DNA from: Terriglobia bacterium
Lineage (GTDB): Bacteria > Acidobacteriota > Terriglobia > Acidiferrales > UBA7541
Direction: 5' to 3'
Assembly (NCBI GenBank): GCA_963695545.1
Contig: OY968796.1
Location: forward strand, 448,001 to 512,000
Length of the DNA stretch: 64,000 bases
The position numbers were made by a program, and so were the translations under genes. Shown piece after piece: positions 37,653 to 47,975 of this stretch (within the stretch, counting starts at the first letter, position 1; the number at the start of each line of letters is the position of its first letter). The notes below the pieces were generated by a model. That model was not told the DNA's origin. It saw only the letters and a program-made list of their open reading frames with translations, and did not search any database.

Positions 37653-38642
37653 CTACGATTCGGGCGGGACGCGAACGCTGCGAAACCATTCCACGAATCG
37701 CTTCAGTCCCTCCGCCAGTGGCAGCTGCGGCTCGAAACCGAGCATGCGCTCCGCGCGCGATATATCCGCCCAGGTGATCGGCACATCGCCCACTTGCATC
37801 GGCAGCGCGCGCCGCACCGCCGTGCGCCCCGTGGCCTTTTCAATCGCCGCCACCAATTCGTCCAAACGCACCGGACTCGAATTCCCCAAATTGAAAATCT
37901 CGAACGCCGCGCTCGCAGCGGCGCCGCGCGCGGCGAATTTGTAATCGAGCGCCGCCAAAACTCCCGCGACGATATCGTCAACGTAGGTATAATCCCGCGC
38001 CGAAGAGCCGTCGCCGAATATCGGCAGCGCCTCGCCAGCCTCCAGCAGCGCCGTGAATCTGTGAATCGCAAGATCGGGACGCTGCCGCGGTCCGTACACG
38101 GTAAAAAGTCGCAAGCACACTACTTGCAATCCCCAAACGTGCGCGTAGGTGTACGCGAGCAATTCCCCGGCGAGTTTCGTCGCCGCATACGGCGAGATCG
38201 GCCGCAGCGTAACCCTGTCCTCCGAAAACGGTACGGGGCTATCGGCGCCATACACCGAGCTCGACGAACCGAACACGAAGCGCGGCACGCGAAATTCACA
38301 GCACAACACCAGCAGATTGAGCGTGCCCCCAACGTTCACGCGCTCGTAGAGCTGTGGCTGCTCGATCGAAGGACGCACTCCGGCCCGCGCCGCCAGATGA
38401 ATCACCGCGTCGGGTTGCGTTGCCGCGAAAATCGCGCGCATGCGATCCAAATCGCAGATATCCGCCTCTTCAAATTGAAACTCGCCGCGCCGCCGCACTT
38501 CGTCGAGATTCGCGCGCTTCCGTTGCGGCGAATAAAAATCGTCCAACGCATCCACGATCGTGAGCTGCGCACCGCGCTGCAAGAGCGCCTCGGCCACGTG
38601 CGAGCCGATGAATCCCGCGCCTCCGGTCAGCAGAATTTTCAT
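37653..38642 (-). CDS. NAD-dependent epimerase (UDP-glucuronate 4-epimerase-like)
   Basis: TGGAGFIGSH, HLAARAGVRPS, SSSSVYG, PISPYAATK, FTVYGPRQRPDLA, RDYTYVDD. Confidence 0.92.
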   Translation of the reverse strand: MKILLTGGAGFIGSHVAEALLQRGAQLTIVDALDDFYSPQRKRANLDEVRRRGEFQFEEADICDLDRMRAIFAATQPDAVIHLAARAGVRPSIEQPQLYERVNVGGTLNLLVLCCEFRVPRFVFGSSSSVYGADSPVPFSEDRVTLRPISPYAATKLAGELLAYTYAHVWGLQVVCLRLFTVYGPRQRPDLAIHRFTALLEAGEALPIFGDGSSARDYTYVDDIVAGVLAALDYKFAARGAAASAAFEIFNLGNSSPVRLDELVAAIEKATGRTAVRRALPMQVGDVPITWADISRAERMLGFEPQLPLAEGLKRFVEWFRSVRVPPES

Positions 38643-38673
38643 CGCTTTCGTTATCACCGTAATCGCCGCGGCG

Positions 38674-40704
38674 CTACCGCGCCCCGCTCTTCGCGTCCAT
38701 GCGCGTATTTTGCCGGGCGTCAGCCTGAGAAATATTTGGCGCGCCCGAAATCGCCGCGTGCGCGTCGTGCGCGGCGTCGCCGCGCTGCGCCGCCCATTCG
38801 ATCCATTCGCTCAGCACGATCAATGTCCACAACGCGCGCGAATAGTCCGCGCGGCGTTGCCGATGCTCGTCCAGCAATTCCACCGCCGCGCCCGGCCGAA
38901 CTCCCGCCGCATCGAGCCATCCTCCGCCCAATCGCGCACGCGCCCAATCGTACAGCGGTTCTCTCAACCAACGCGCCAGCGGCACAGACAATCCGCGCTT
39001 CCGCCGGTGCACCGTGGAGGCGGGCAGGTATCGCTCGGCGAAGCGTTTCAGAAAAACTTTGGTCTCGAATCCGCGCACGCGTTCTGTCGGCGGCAACCGC
39101 GCGGCGAATTCCATCACGTCCACGTCCAAATACGGCGCGCGCAACTCGATTGCGTAGCGCATGCTCGCCCGATCCGCTTTCGTCAGCAATCCTTCGGCCA
39201 GCGAATTCTCCAGATCGAGACGCTGCAAGCGGTCCAGCACCGGTTCGTTTTCCGCTGCGCTCTCCAGGCGTCGCATCTCGACGACCGGCACGCCCAGGCG
39301 CGCCATTAACTGCGGCGAAACCGTCGAAGTCCAAAGCAAGTGCCGCGCAACCGCGTCGAGACCTTCGCCCTGCACGAATCGCTTCAGCAGAAACGACAGC
39401 GTCACTTTCTTGTCCGCCACCGGCCAGCGCTCCACGCCCCAGCGCACTGTACCGCGCATCCACGCCGGCCACCGCGCGTAATGCTCGTACACGCCCGCGC
39501 CGATGTACGTCGGATATCCGCCGAACAATTCGTCCGCGCCTTCGCCCACCAGCGCGATCTTCACGTCCTGCGCCGCGCGCCGCGCAAGCAGCGCCGTGGG
39601 CACCCACGCGGGATCGGCCAGCGGCTCGCCCGAACTCGCCACCAATTCCGCGATCGTCTGCGGCAAGGCGTCCGCGCCCACTTCAACGCAATGCAATTCC
39701 ACTCCCAGCGCCGCGGCCACCCGCCGCGCGTGCTCGCTTTCGTCGTACGACGCTTCCGCAAATTTCAGCGCGAACGCCGCAAGCCGGTACTCCGGCCGCA
39801 GCCGCCGCAACACCGCCGCCACCAGCGACGAATCAAGCCCGCCGCTCAGGAACACGCCGTACGGCACGTCCACTTCACTCTGTCGCCCCACGGCGCGCCG
39901 CAAGACAATATCGAATTCGTCGCTCAGATTTTTCGCCGACGGCGCCGCTGCGGCCGCGCTCCTCGCCCCCGCGCTCGGACTCGTACTCGCCGCGCTCGCG
40001 CCGGGCTGCCAACTCCAATACCTCCGGCTGCGAATTCCGCTCTTCGAGATTTCCAGCAATTCGCCCGGCGCCACTCGTCGCACGCCGCGGAACGGATCGT
40101 GCGGCGCCGGAAAAAACCCGGCCGAAAGATATCCGCGCAACGCTTCGGTATCCGCTGCGAGCGGCACGTCGGCGCCTGCGGCAAGCGCCGCGAGCTCCGA
40201 TGCGAACAGCGCGCCTCGTTCGGAAACGATTACGTGCAGCGGCCGTTCGCCCGCGCGATCGCGCGCCAGCAGCAACGTCCCGTCGCGCGCGCTCCATAAT
40301 CCAATCGCGAACGCGCCCACCAGCCGCTCAACAAACGCCGCGCCCAGTTCGAGATACAGCCCCGGCAGCACGGCCACGTCGGTCGCCGCGGTAACCGCGC
40401 GTCCGCGCGATGCAAGCCACTGCTTCAGCTCCAAATGATTGTCGATTTCGCCGTTGCAGACCGCGAGGATTCCGCTTGCTTCGTCCACAATCGGCTGCCG
40501 GCCGTCTTCGAGTCCGCGAATCGCAAGCCGCACCGCGCCCAGCGTCGCCGCGCCGAGACTGTCCACGCCCAATCCGTCGGGACCGCGATGGATCAAGCAG
40601 TCCAGCATCCGAGCCACTTTGGTTTCGCGCGCGACTTCGCGCTCGCGCGACGCGGCGCCAGGGCTCGAGCCTTCCCATTCGACCACGCCGCAAATGCCGC
40701 ACAT
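38674..40704 (-). CDS. asnB: Asparagine synthase (glutamine-hydrolysing)-family amidotransferase
   Basis: MCGICG, HRGPD, NGEIDN, LSGGLDSS, GEGADELFGGY, KADRASM...ELRAPYLD. Confidence 0.93.
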   Translation of the reverse strand: MCGICGVVEWEGSSPGAASREREVARETKVARMLDCLIHRGPDGLGVDSLGAATLGAVRLAIRGLEDGRQPIVDEASGILAVCNGEIDNHLELKQWLASRGRAVTAATDVAVLPGLYLELGAAFVERLVGAFAIGLWSARDGTLLLARDRAGERPLHVIVSERGALFASELAALAAGADVPLAADTEALRGYLSAGFFPAPHDPFRGVRRVAPGELLEISKSGIRSRRYWSWQPGASAASTSPSAGARSAAAAAPSAKNLSDEFDIVLRRAVGRQSEVDVPYGVFLSGGLDSSLVAAVLRRLRPEYRLAAFALKFAEASYDESEHARRVAAALGVELHCVEVGADALPQTIAELVASSGEPLADPAWVPTALLARRAAQDVKIALVGEGADELFGGYPTYIGAGVYEHYARWPAWMRGTVRWGVERWPVADKKVTLSFLLKRFVQGEGLDAVARHLLWTSTVSPQLMARLGVPVVEMRRLESAAENEPVLDRLQRLDLENSLAEGLLTKADRASMRYAIELRAPYLDVDVMEFAARLPPTERVRGFETKVFLKRFAERYLPASTVHRRKRGLSVPLARWLREPLYDWARARLGGGWLDAAGVRPGAAVELLDEHRQRRADYSRALWTLIVLSEWIEWAAQRGDAAHDAHAAISGAPNISQADARQNTRMDAKSGAR

Positions 40705-40705
40705 T

Positions 40706-42526
40706 TCAGTGCGCCCCCGCCGGCGTCGCGCGCTTCGCCGGCTCGATCACCGCACCGAACCATCCCGGCTCGAGTCCTTCGACGCGAGCTCCGTGCGCAG
40801 AGGCCAGTGCCACAAGCTCACCCGCGCGATCCGTGCGCGCCAAAACAAATACAGGTTGTGTGCGCATCGCAAGCCACGCCGCGAAGCGATCCGGCGCGAC
40901 AATCGAAGGAGGCCAGTCTTGTTCGCTCGGGCTCGTCGCAACCAAATGCGCGATGTAGTTGCTGGTGGTTTCGGCGCCGTCGCGGCTCACCAGGAAAACG
41001 GGCCGCCCAAGATAATACGGCAGCCCCGTCGAGAAACATTCCAGCATCGCGACGTCGCCGCTGGGATTTTCCATCTCGATGCGCTCGGCCAGCGGCCGCG
41101 ACGACACCGAATCCGCGTACGCGCGAAACTCTCTGCGACCGGCGATCATCGTCACTGGGAGGAACAGCAAGAATCCCGCGAACGCCACGCGGCACGATCG
41201 CAACACGCGCGCCGTCGCCGTCGTCACGCCGAGCACCACGAGCGCCACCAGCAACGGAGCGAACAGACCGCGCAAGAGCAGACTCTGCGCGTTGCGCACG
41301 CCAAACGCCGGCAGCAGCGCGCGCACGTGGAACACATCCACCGCCAGCAGCGCCGCAAGCGCCAGGCTCGCGACCGCCGCAATCACCGCGGCCCGCAACA
41401 CCAATCGCGCCGCGCGACCGCGAGGTTTCTCCCATGCCAGCGCGAACACTCGGGCGACGAGAACTCCCAGCGCCACGATGCCCGGCAAAACGTACTGCGG
41501 CAGCTTGGAGTGCGAAACGGAAAAGATCAGCACGACGACGATCGCCGCGACGCCGAACAATCGGTCGGCCGGCAGAGCCCGCGCCCGCGCGCGCCATCCC
41601 GCAACGATCGCTTCCGGCAAAATCGCGCTCCACGGAAAGAAAAATCCCGCGATCACCGGCACATAGTAATAGAAAGGACCGGGCCGATTGAATTTCGCCG
41701 TCGTGAAACGCTCCAGCGATTCTTCCACGATGCCGTAGTGAGGAAAATCCGGCCGCCGCAAACTGACGGCCACGAACCAGGCGAGAACAAGAATGAGAAA
41801 CACCGCGAGATTAATCGGCGAAAATAATCGCCACACCATGCCGCGCTTCCGCTCAACCGCCGCCAGCGCGAGCAACACCAGCAGGGGCACCAGAAAACCG
41901 ATCGGCCCCTTGATCAGCGTGGCCGTCGCTGCGGCAACTGCGCTCGCCGCCCACCAAAGTCGCCGCGCGCCGCCGGATTTTTCTTCCGCCACGTACGCCG
42001 CGAACAGCGATGCCCAGATCGCGAGCGCGAGACCCATATCGAAAATCACCATGCGCGCCAAACCAAGAAACATCGGCGTTGTCGCCAGCACAACCGCCGC
42101 CAGCGCGCCCGTGCGCCAGCCATACTCGCGCCGGCAAAAAACAAACACCATCGCCAGCAGCGCAAAACCGAAAAGCGCTGAGGGAAGTCGCGCGGCAGCC
42201 TCCGATTTGCCGAACACGGAAAGTGAAATAGCCACGGTGCGGAAATAAAACGCGGGCTTATCGAGATACGGGATGCCGTTATAGAGCGGAACCAGCCACG
42301 CTCCCGCCTTTTGCATTTCGAGCGCAACCGCGGCGTTGCGCCCTTCGTCGGGATTCAGCAGCGCCCAACTCCCGAGTCCGCAGAAAATGCAAGCCGCGGC
42401 AAACACGAACGCAACAACGCTCCACGTGCGCTGCCCACGTTGCGTGCTTGGACCGCGCTCGGACAAAGCCGGATGCGCTTCTCCCGCAGTCTGCGCGCTG
42501 CTCGCGCCGGCGGCGGATTCAGTCAT
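40706..42526 (-). CDS. ArnT/GT83-like lipid-carrier-dependent glycosyltransferase
   Basis: PDEGRNA..A.EM, YLDKP, AARLPSA, IKGPIG, FFPWS, SKLPQYVLP; polytopic. Confidence 0.92.
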   Translation of the reverse strand: MTESAAGASSAQTAGEAHPALSERGPSTQRGQRTWSVVAFVFAAACIFCGLGSWALLNPDEGRNAAVALEMQKAGAWLVPLYNGIPYLDKPAFYFRTVAISLSVFGKSEAAARLPSALFGFALLAMVFVFCRREYGWRTGALAAVVLATTPMFLGLARMVIFDMGLALAIWASLFAAYVAEEKSGGARRLWWAASAVAAATATLIKGPIGFLVPLLVLLALAAVERKRGMVWRLFSPINLAVFLILVLAWFVAVSLRRPDFPHYGIVEESLERFTTAKFNRPGPFYYYVPVIAGFFFPWSAILPEAIVAGWRARARALPADRLFGVAAIVVVLIFSVSHSKLPQYVLPGIVALGVLVARVFALAWEKPRGRAARLVLRAAVIAAVASLALAALLAVDVFHVRALLPAFGVRNAQSLLLRGLFAPLLVALVVLGVTTATARVLRSCRVAFAGFLLFLPVTMIAGRREFRAYADSVSSRPLAERIEMENPSGDVAMLECFSTGLPYYLGRPVFLVSRDGAETTSNYIAHLVATSPSEQDWPPSIVAPDRFAAWLAMRTQPVFVLARTDRAGELVALASAHGARVEGLEPGWFGAVIEPAKRATPAGAH

Positions 42527-43328
42527 CGAGACGCATCGGGCGCGGCGGCACGGTGCGTTCGGCGCCAGACGGAGCGCTCAATTCCACCGCCTGCGGCCGC
42601 TTCATTCTGCGCTCGAGCCACATCACGCCGGCGAGATCCACGATGCTCACCCACAGCCGATCGAAAACTCCGTAGTGCGTTTTGCCGCGCTGCCGCGGCC
42701 GGTGTGAGACCTCGACGGAAACTACGCGGCCGCCGGCGGTTTGCACAAGCGAAGGGAGGAAGCGGTGCATGTGATCGAATTGCGGCAGCGCGAGAAAAGT
42801 TTCGCGCGAGAAAAGTTTCAAGCCGCAGCCCGTGTCGGGCGTTCCGTCGCGCAGCGCCATGCGCCGCACGGTGTTGGCGATGCGCGATGACGCGCGTTTA
42901 ATCCACGTGTCGCGCCGGCGGCGGCGATTTCCGCAAATCAATTGCGGCGCTTCAGCGTGATGCGGATCGTGCAGAACCGCGAGCAGCGCGGGGATGTCGG
43001 CGGGATCGTTCTGGCCATCGCCATCGAGCGTGACGATCCACGGCGCGCGCGCGCTGCGAACCCCGGTGATCAGCGCGGCGCTTTGCCCGCCCGGCTCGCT
43101 ATGCCGGATTACACGCAGCGCCGGCGACGCGCTCATCGCGGCGCCAAGAATTTGCGGCGTCGAGTCGCGGCTGCCGTCATCGACGCAAAGGATTTCATAT
43201 GTTTCGAGGCCTTCGAGCGCCGCTTGAATTTCCGCGAGCAGCGGCTCGATATTTTCCGCTTCGTCGCGCACCGGGACGACGACGGAAATCGCCGGAGGAA
43301 GGCCGAGATCGACAGGGTCGGGTTTCAC
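42519..43328 (-). CDS. GT2 polyprenyl-phosphate glycosyltransferase (DPM1/ArnC-like); start uncertain
   Basis: SVVVPVRDE, VDDGSRD, LDGDGQNDPADIP, DTGCGLK, MHRFLP, HRPR..G..HYG. Confidence 0.92.
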   Translation of the reverse strand: MKPDPVDLGLPPAISVVVPVRDEAENIEPLLAEIQAALEGLETYEILCVDDGSRDSTPQILGAAMSASPALRVIRHSEPGGQSAALITGVRSARAPWIVTLDGDGQNDPADIPALLAVLHDPHHAEAPQLICGNRRRRRDTWIKRASSRIANTVRRMALRDGTPDTGCGLKLFSRETFLALPQFDHMHRFLPSLVQTAGGRVVSVEVSHRPRQRGKTHYGVFDRLWVSIVDLAGVMWLERRMKRPQAVELSAPSGAERTVPPRPMRLDD

Positions 43329-43636
43329 GCGAGACGCCGGCGCCCGCGCAGGATGCGGCGCGCCCCTCCTCGAATGCCAGGAAATTCTCTCGTTTGGGAT
43401 GCTACCACAATCGCGGACGTTGCCGTTGCGACGGCGGCGGGGGCGGTGCATCCGTCGGACGCTCCACGCCGTCGAATGAAGCGAGCACTGCGATCGCGCG
43501 CGACGCTAGACCGCTGCTGAAAACGGATGACGGGAGAGTGCGGATTGCCTGCGACACGAGTCGGCCGCTGCCGCGTGATGCAACAGACCGGCCGACTCAC
43601 GACGCAACAACCGTAAACGGATCGCGATTGGAAAGG

Positions 43637-43664
43637 CATAAAGAAGACATAAGGATTTTATAAA
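43637..43664 (-). promoter_or_regulatory. Three 11-bp-period direct repeats, putative OmpR/KdpE-family binding site
   Basis: Minus strand TTTATA-aaatc-CTTATG-tcttc-TTTATG in an AT-rich patch, followed by -10-like TACGGT at 43615-43610. Confidence 0.5.
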
Positions 43665-43887
43665 TCGACAATAGGTTAGAGCGCCGCGATCCGTGCGGCT
43701 GGGCGATCTGCTCCGCGGTGGAGGGCCAGAACACGGCTCATTCGAGCGGCTCGCCGCATTTGGCGCCGCGCGGAAACGCTTAACACCCGCGCCAACGCCG
43801 CTTTTGCGCGGGGCTGTGGATACGCGGTAGAATCTGGCGGTCTTGCCAGAGGAACGCATACACTTCCGCAACCATACGAGGCGCAGC

Positions 43888-45459
43888 ATGAAGCGAATCA
43901 GTTTTCTCATTGTCGCATCAATTGCCGTGATTGGGTTTGGCTGCGTCATGAACGCTCGCGCGCAGGCGCCTGCGCCGGGCGCGTCCGCGGAAGCGAAGCC
44001 CGCCGACGCGAAACCCGCCGGCGACACCACACCCAAGGAAGAGTCGTCGGTCACCGACCACACGATCAAACTGGGCAACGAAACGATTCCCTACAAGGCC
44101 ACGGCCGGGACAATTCTGTTGAAGGACGACAACGACAAACCGATCGCCAGCATTTTCTATGTGGCCTACGTTCGCAGCGACGTCAAGGACACGAGCGAGC
44201 GGCCGCTGGCGATCATTTATAACGGCGGACCGGGATCGGCTTCGGTGCCGCTGCACATGGGAGCGTTCGGACCGAAACGCATCGTCACGTCCGATGCGGA
44301 GGCCACGCCGCCGGCGCCCTATCGTTTGGTCGACAACACGAACTGTTTGCTCGACGCGGCGGATCTGGTTTTCATCGATCCGGTGGGCACTGGATACAGC
44401 AAGGTGGTCGGCGACGGAAAGGGCAAGGATTTTTGGGGCATCGACGAAGACGCGAAATCGCTCGCGCAATTCATCACCATCTACGTGAATCGCAACAACC
44501 GGTGGAATTCGCCGAAGTTTCTGATCGGCGAAAGCTACGGAACATTTCGCGACGCGGTTCTGGTGGATTATTTGCAGAACCACGAGGACATGTATTTCAA
44601 CGGCATCGTAATGATCTCGACGGTTCTGGATTTCGAGGTGCTTTCATTCAACCCGGGCGAGGACCTCTCGTACGTTCTCTATTTACCCAGCTACGCCGCC
44701 GCCGCGTGGTATCAAAAGACTCTGGCCGACCGACCGGCGGACTTGACCACCTTCCTGAACGAAGCGCGGCAGTTCGCGTCAACCGATTACGCAACGGCGC
44801 TTGCCAAGGGCTCAACGCTGCCCGCTGCCGAGCGCGCCGAAATCGTAAAAAAATTGGCGCATTTCACCGGCCTGAGCGAAGACTATATCTCGAGCGCCAA
44901 TCTGCGAGTCAGCCTGCCTCAGTTCATGAGCGAGCTCGAACGGAGCAAGGGCCTGACCATCGGGCGCTATGACGCGCGTTTCTCCGGGCCGATCTACGAT
45001 CCACTCGAGGAGTACGCGGCGTACGATCCGCAGTCGGCAGCGGTCTCCGGCGCGTTCGCGGCATCATTCAATCAATATCTGCGCGAAGATCTGCAATTCA
45101 ACAAGGATCAGGAATACCAAATGCTGAGCTATCCGGTGAACGCAGGCTGGGACTGGGATCACAAAGTTCCCGGCGTCTACACGCTGCGGGCCGCGCCAAA
45201 CGCCGAAGAGGATTTGGTGGACGCCCTGATTACGAACACGCATCTGCAGGTCGAAGTCGAAAACGGATTGTTCGATCTGGCCACGCCCTTTTTCGCCACC
45301 GAATACACCATGGACCACCTGAATCTGCCGGAGAGTTTGCGCGGCAACATCCATCTTCAGTATTACGACGCGGGCCACATGATGTATCTGCACGAGGACG
45401 ATCTCACAAAGCTGAAGGGCAACATCGCGAACTTCATCGCGAACGCATCGAAACACTGA
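43888..45459 (+). CDS. Secreted serine carboxypeptidase, peptidase S10 family
   Basis: Signal peptide; NGGPGSAS, FIDPVGTGYS, GESYG (Ser), DLATP (Asp), GHMMY (His). Confidence 0.93.
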   Translation: MKRISFLIVASIAVIGFGCVMNARAQAPAPGASAEAKPADAKPAGDTTPKEESSVTDHTIKLGNETIPYKATAGTILLKDDNDKPIASIFYVAYVRSDVKDTSERPLAIIYNGGPGSASVPLHMGAFGPKRIVTSDAEATPPAPYRLVDNTNCLLDAADLVFIDPVGTGYSKVVGDGKGKDFWGIDEDAKSLAQFITIYVNRNNRWNSPKFLIGESYGTFRDAVLVDYLQNHEDMYFNGIVMISTVLDFEVLSFNPGEDLSYVLYLPSYAAAAWYQKTLADRPADLTTFLNEARQFASTDYATALAKGSTLPAAERAEIVKKLAHFTGLSEDYISSANLRVSLPQFMSELERSKGLTIGRYDARFSGPIYDPLEEYAAYDPQSAAVSGAFAASFNQYLREDLQFNKDQEYQMLSYPVNAGWDWDHKVPGVYTLRAAPNAEEDLVDALITNTHLQVEVENGLFDLATPFFATEYTMDHLNLPESLRGNIHLQYYDAGHMMYLHEDDLTKLKGNIANFIANASKH

Positions 45460-45516
45460 GACAGCGGCGGCCGAGTACTGGACTTCCGCGCGTCGAACAC
45501 GGGCTGAACAAACATC

Positions 45517-47952
45517 ATGCGTCGCATCGAGAGCGTCGTGGTTCTGGGAGCGGGCACGATGGGCTCGCGGATCGCGGCGCACATGGCCAATGCCGGCGTG
45601 GCGTGCTCGCTGCTGGACATCGCGCCGAAATCGCTCACACCTGAAGAACAAGCCAAGGCGCTCGCGCTCGATGATCCCGCGGTGCGCAATCGCATCGTGC
45701 GCGCGGGACTTGAATCCGCAGTGCGCGCGCGGCCCGCGGCTTTTTTCACGCCGGGGCTTGAGCGCAACATCCGCATTGGGAATTTCGACGACAACCTCGA
45801 TTGGTGCGCGGCGGCCGACTGGATCATCGAGGCCGTCGCCGAGAATCTTGAGATCAAGCGCGCGCTGCTGGGACGCGTGGCGGCGCAATGCAAGCCCGAC
45901 GCGATTGTTACGACGAACACTTCCGGGCTGCCGATTGCGCGCATCGCCGAAGGACTGCCTGAGCCATTCGGCCGCAACTGGGCGGGAACGCATTTCTTCA
46001 ATCCTCCGCGTTATTTGAAACTCGTCGAACTGATCCCTGGTCCTGAAACAGCAAGCGACGTGCTCGAAACGCTGGCGGATTTCTGCGACCGGCGGCTCGG
46101 CAAAGGCGTAGTTGTCGCGAAGGACACGCCGAATTTCATCGCCAACCGCATCGGCACGTTTTCGATGCTCAACGTGCTGCGCGTGATGAGCGAGCTTCGC
46201 ATGACCATCGAACAGGTGGACGCGTGCACGGGACCGGCGGTCGGCTGGCCGAAATCGGCGACGTTTCGCTTGGCCGACATCGTGGGATTGGACGTTTTCG
46301 TGAACGTGATTCGCAACATTTACGAAAACGCGCCGAGCGACGAATCGCGCGAGATCTATCGCGTGCCGCCGCTGATTGAAGAATTGGCGCGGCGCGGGTG
46401 GATTGGCGAAAAGGCCGGGCGCGGATTTTACCAGCGCGTGCGGCGCGGCAGCGGCGAAAGCGAAATTTTGACGCTCGATCCGGCCACCATGGAATATCGG
46501 CCGCGGCAGAAAGCGCGATTCGCGTCGATCGAAATGGGGCGCACGATCGAAGACACGCGCGAGCGGTTGCGCGTGCTGGTCGGTCCCGTGATGGAAGGAA
46601 AAGAAGGCGATCTGGCGCAGCGCTTTCTGTGGGCCACGCTTTCGCGCATGTGCCTTTACGCGGCGCGGCGTATTCCGGAAATCGCGGACCGGGTGATGGA
46701 TGCGGATCGCGCGATGCGCTGGGGATTTGGCTGGGAATTGGGGCCGTTTGAAATTTGGGACGCGCTGGGCGTGGAAGTAATGGCGCGGCGCTTGGAAAAG
46801 GAAGATGAACCGCTGCCGCCGCTAGTGACCGCGCTGCTCGCTTCTGGGCGCAAGACCTTTTACGAAAGTTCGCAGGGCGAAACGCGCTACTTCGATCTTG
46901 CCATCAAGAATCTGAACACCGCAGCGGAACCCGAAGGTATCCTGATTCTGAAATCGCTGAAAGAGCGATCGAAAGAAATCGCGCGGAATTCGGGCGCGAG
47001 CTTGATCGATCTGGGCGACGGCGTGATTTGCTGCGAATTTCACAGCAAGATGAATACGCTGGGCAGCGAAACATTCGCGATGATGCACGCGGGCTTGAAG
47101 CGGCTGCACACGGATTTCGAGGCCATGATTATCGCCAACCAGGCGAAAAACTTTTCCGTGGGCGCGAACCTGATGCTTTTGCTGATGGGCGCGCAAGAGC
47201 AGGAGTGGGACGAAATCGACGCGGTGCTGCGGCAATTCCAGAACGTGAATCTGGCGATCAAGCATTCGCCACGGCCGGTAGTTTGCGCGCCGCAAGGGAT
47301 GGCGCTGGGCGGCGGCTGCGAAATTTCGCTGCACGCGGCGCGGATTCACTGTGCTGCTGAGGCCTACATCGGGCTGGTGGAAACGGGCGTCGGCCTGATT
47401 CCGGCGGGCGGCGGAAGCAAGGAAATGTTGATTCGCGCGAATGAGCACGCGGCGGGCGCGGAAGATCTTGATCTGTTTCACGCACTGAAGCCGATTTTTG
47501 AAAATATCGCGATGGCCAAAGTTTCGACCAGCGGCGAAGAGGCGCGCACGCTGGGCTACCTGCGCCCTGCCGATCTGGTGGCCATGAACGGCGATCGTTT
47601 GGTGGCCGACGCGAAGGCCACGGCGCTGGCGCTGGCGCGCGCGGGTTACCGGCCGGCGCATCCGGCGCCCGGCGCGCCTTCGATTCGCGTGCTTGGCGAG
47701 GAATTTTTGGCCGCGGCGAAATTGGCGATTCACATGCTTTTGCGCGGCGAGTACATCAGTGACTACGACGCGACGGTCGCGCGCAAACTCGCGAACGTGC
47801 TGGCGGGCGGCGCGCTATCGGCGACGCAGCTCGTGAGCGAGCAATACATTCTCGATCTCGAGCGCGAAGCGTTCATCTCGCTGTCGGGTGAGCGCAAGAC
47901 GCAGGAGCGCATCGCGCACACGCTGAAGACCGGCAAACCGCTGCGCAATTGA
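45517..47952 (+). CDS. fadN: 3-hydroxyacyl-CoA dehydrogenase / enoyl-CoA hydratase (FadN type)
   Basis: GAGTMG, NTSG, HFFNPPRY, KDTPNFIANRIG; GGGCE and LVETGVGLIPAGGG; GKPLRN end. Confidence 0.95.
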   Translation: MRRIESVVVLGAGTMGSRIAAHMANAGVACSLLDIAPKSLTPEEQAKALALDDPAVRNRIVRAGLESAVRARPAAFFTPGLERNIRIGNFDDNLDWCAAADWIIEAVAENLEIKRALLGRVAAQCKPDAIVTTNTSGLPIARIAEGLPEPFGRNWAGTHFFNPPRYLKLVELIPGPETASDVLETLADFCDRRLGKGVVVAKDTPNFIANRIGTFSMLNVLRVMSELRMTIEQVDACTGPAVGWPKSATFRLADIVGLDVFVNVIRNIYENAPSDESREIYRVPPLIEELARRGWIGEKAGRGFYQRVRRGSGESEILTLDPATMEYRPRQKARFASIEMGRTIEDTRERLRVLVGPVMEGKEGDLAQRFLWATLSRMCLYAARRIPEIADRVMDADRAMRWGFGWELGPFEIWDALGVEVMARRLEKEDEPLPPLVTALLASGRKTFYESSQGETRYFDLAIKNLNTAAEPEGILILKSLKERSKEIARNSGASLIDLGDGVICCEFHSKMNTLGSETFAMMHAGLKRLHTDFEAMIIANQAKNFSVGANLMLLLMGAQEQEWDEIDAVLRQFQNVNLAIKHSPRPVVCAPQGMALGGGCEISLHAARIHCAAEAYIGLVETGVGLIPAGGGSKEMLIRANEHAAGAEDLDLFHALKPIFENIAMAKVSTSGEEARTLGYLRPADLVAMNGDRLVADAKATALALARAGYRPAHPAPGAPSIRVLGEEFLAAAKLAIHMLLRGEYISDYDATVARKLANVLAGGALSATQLVSEQYILDLEREAFISLSGERKTQERIAHTLKTGKPLRN

Positions 47953-47975
47953 TGATCGCTACGGAGACGCGGGCG

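Noticed and set aside
37743..37760. Extra copy of the 27-bp repeat core in the epimerase gene (atgcgctccgcgcg)
   Set aside because: Falls in an ordinary conserved coding segment (ISRAERML) with no partner at 27 bp; likely coincidence
37794..40394. 866-aa plus-strand ORF
   Set aside because: Arg/Pro/Ala-rich antisense shadow of asnB and the epimerase; long stop-free antisense frames are expected at high GC
43525..43545. Glycine-riboswitch-like start (ggatga...ggagag)
   Set aside because: No downstream CCGAAG or CTCAGG elements and no glycine-related gene follows
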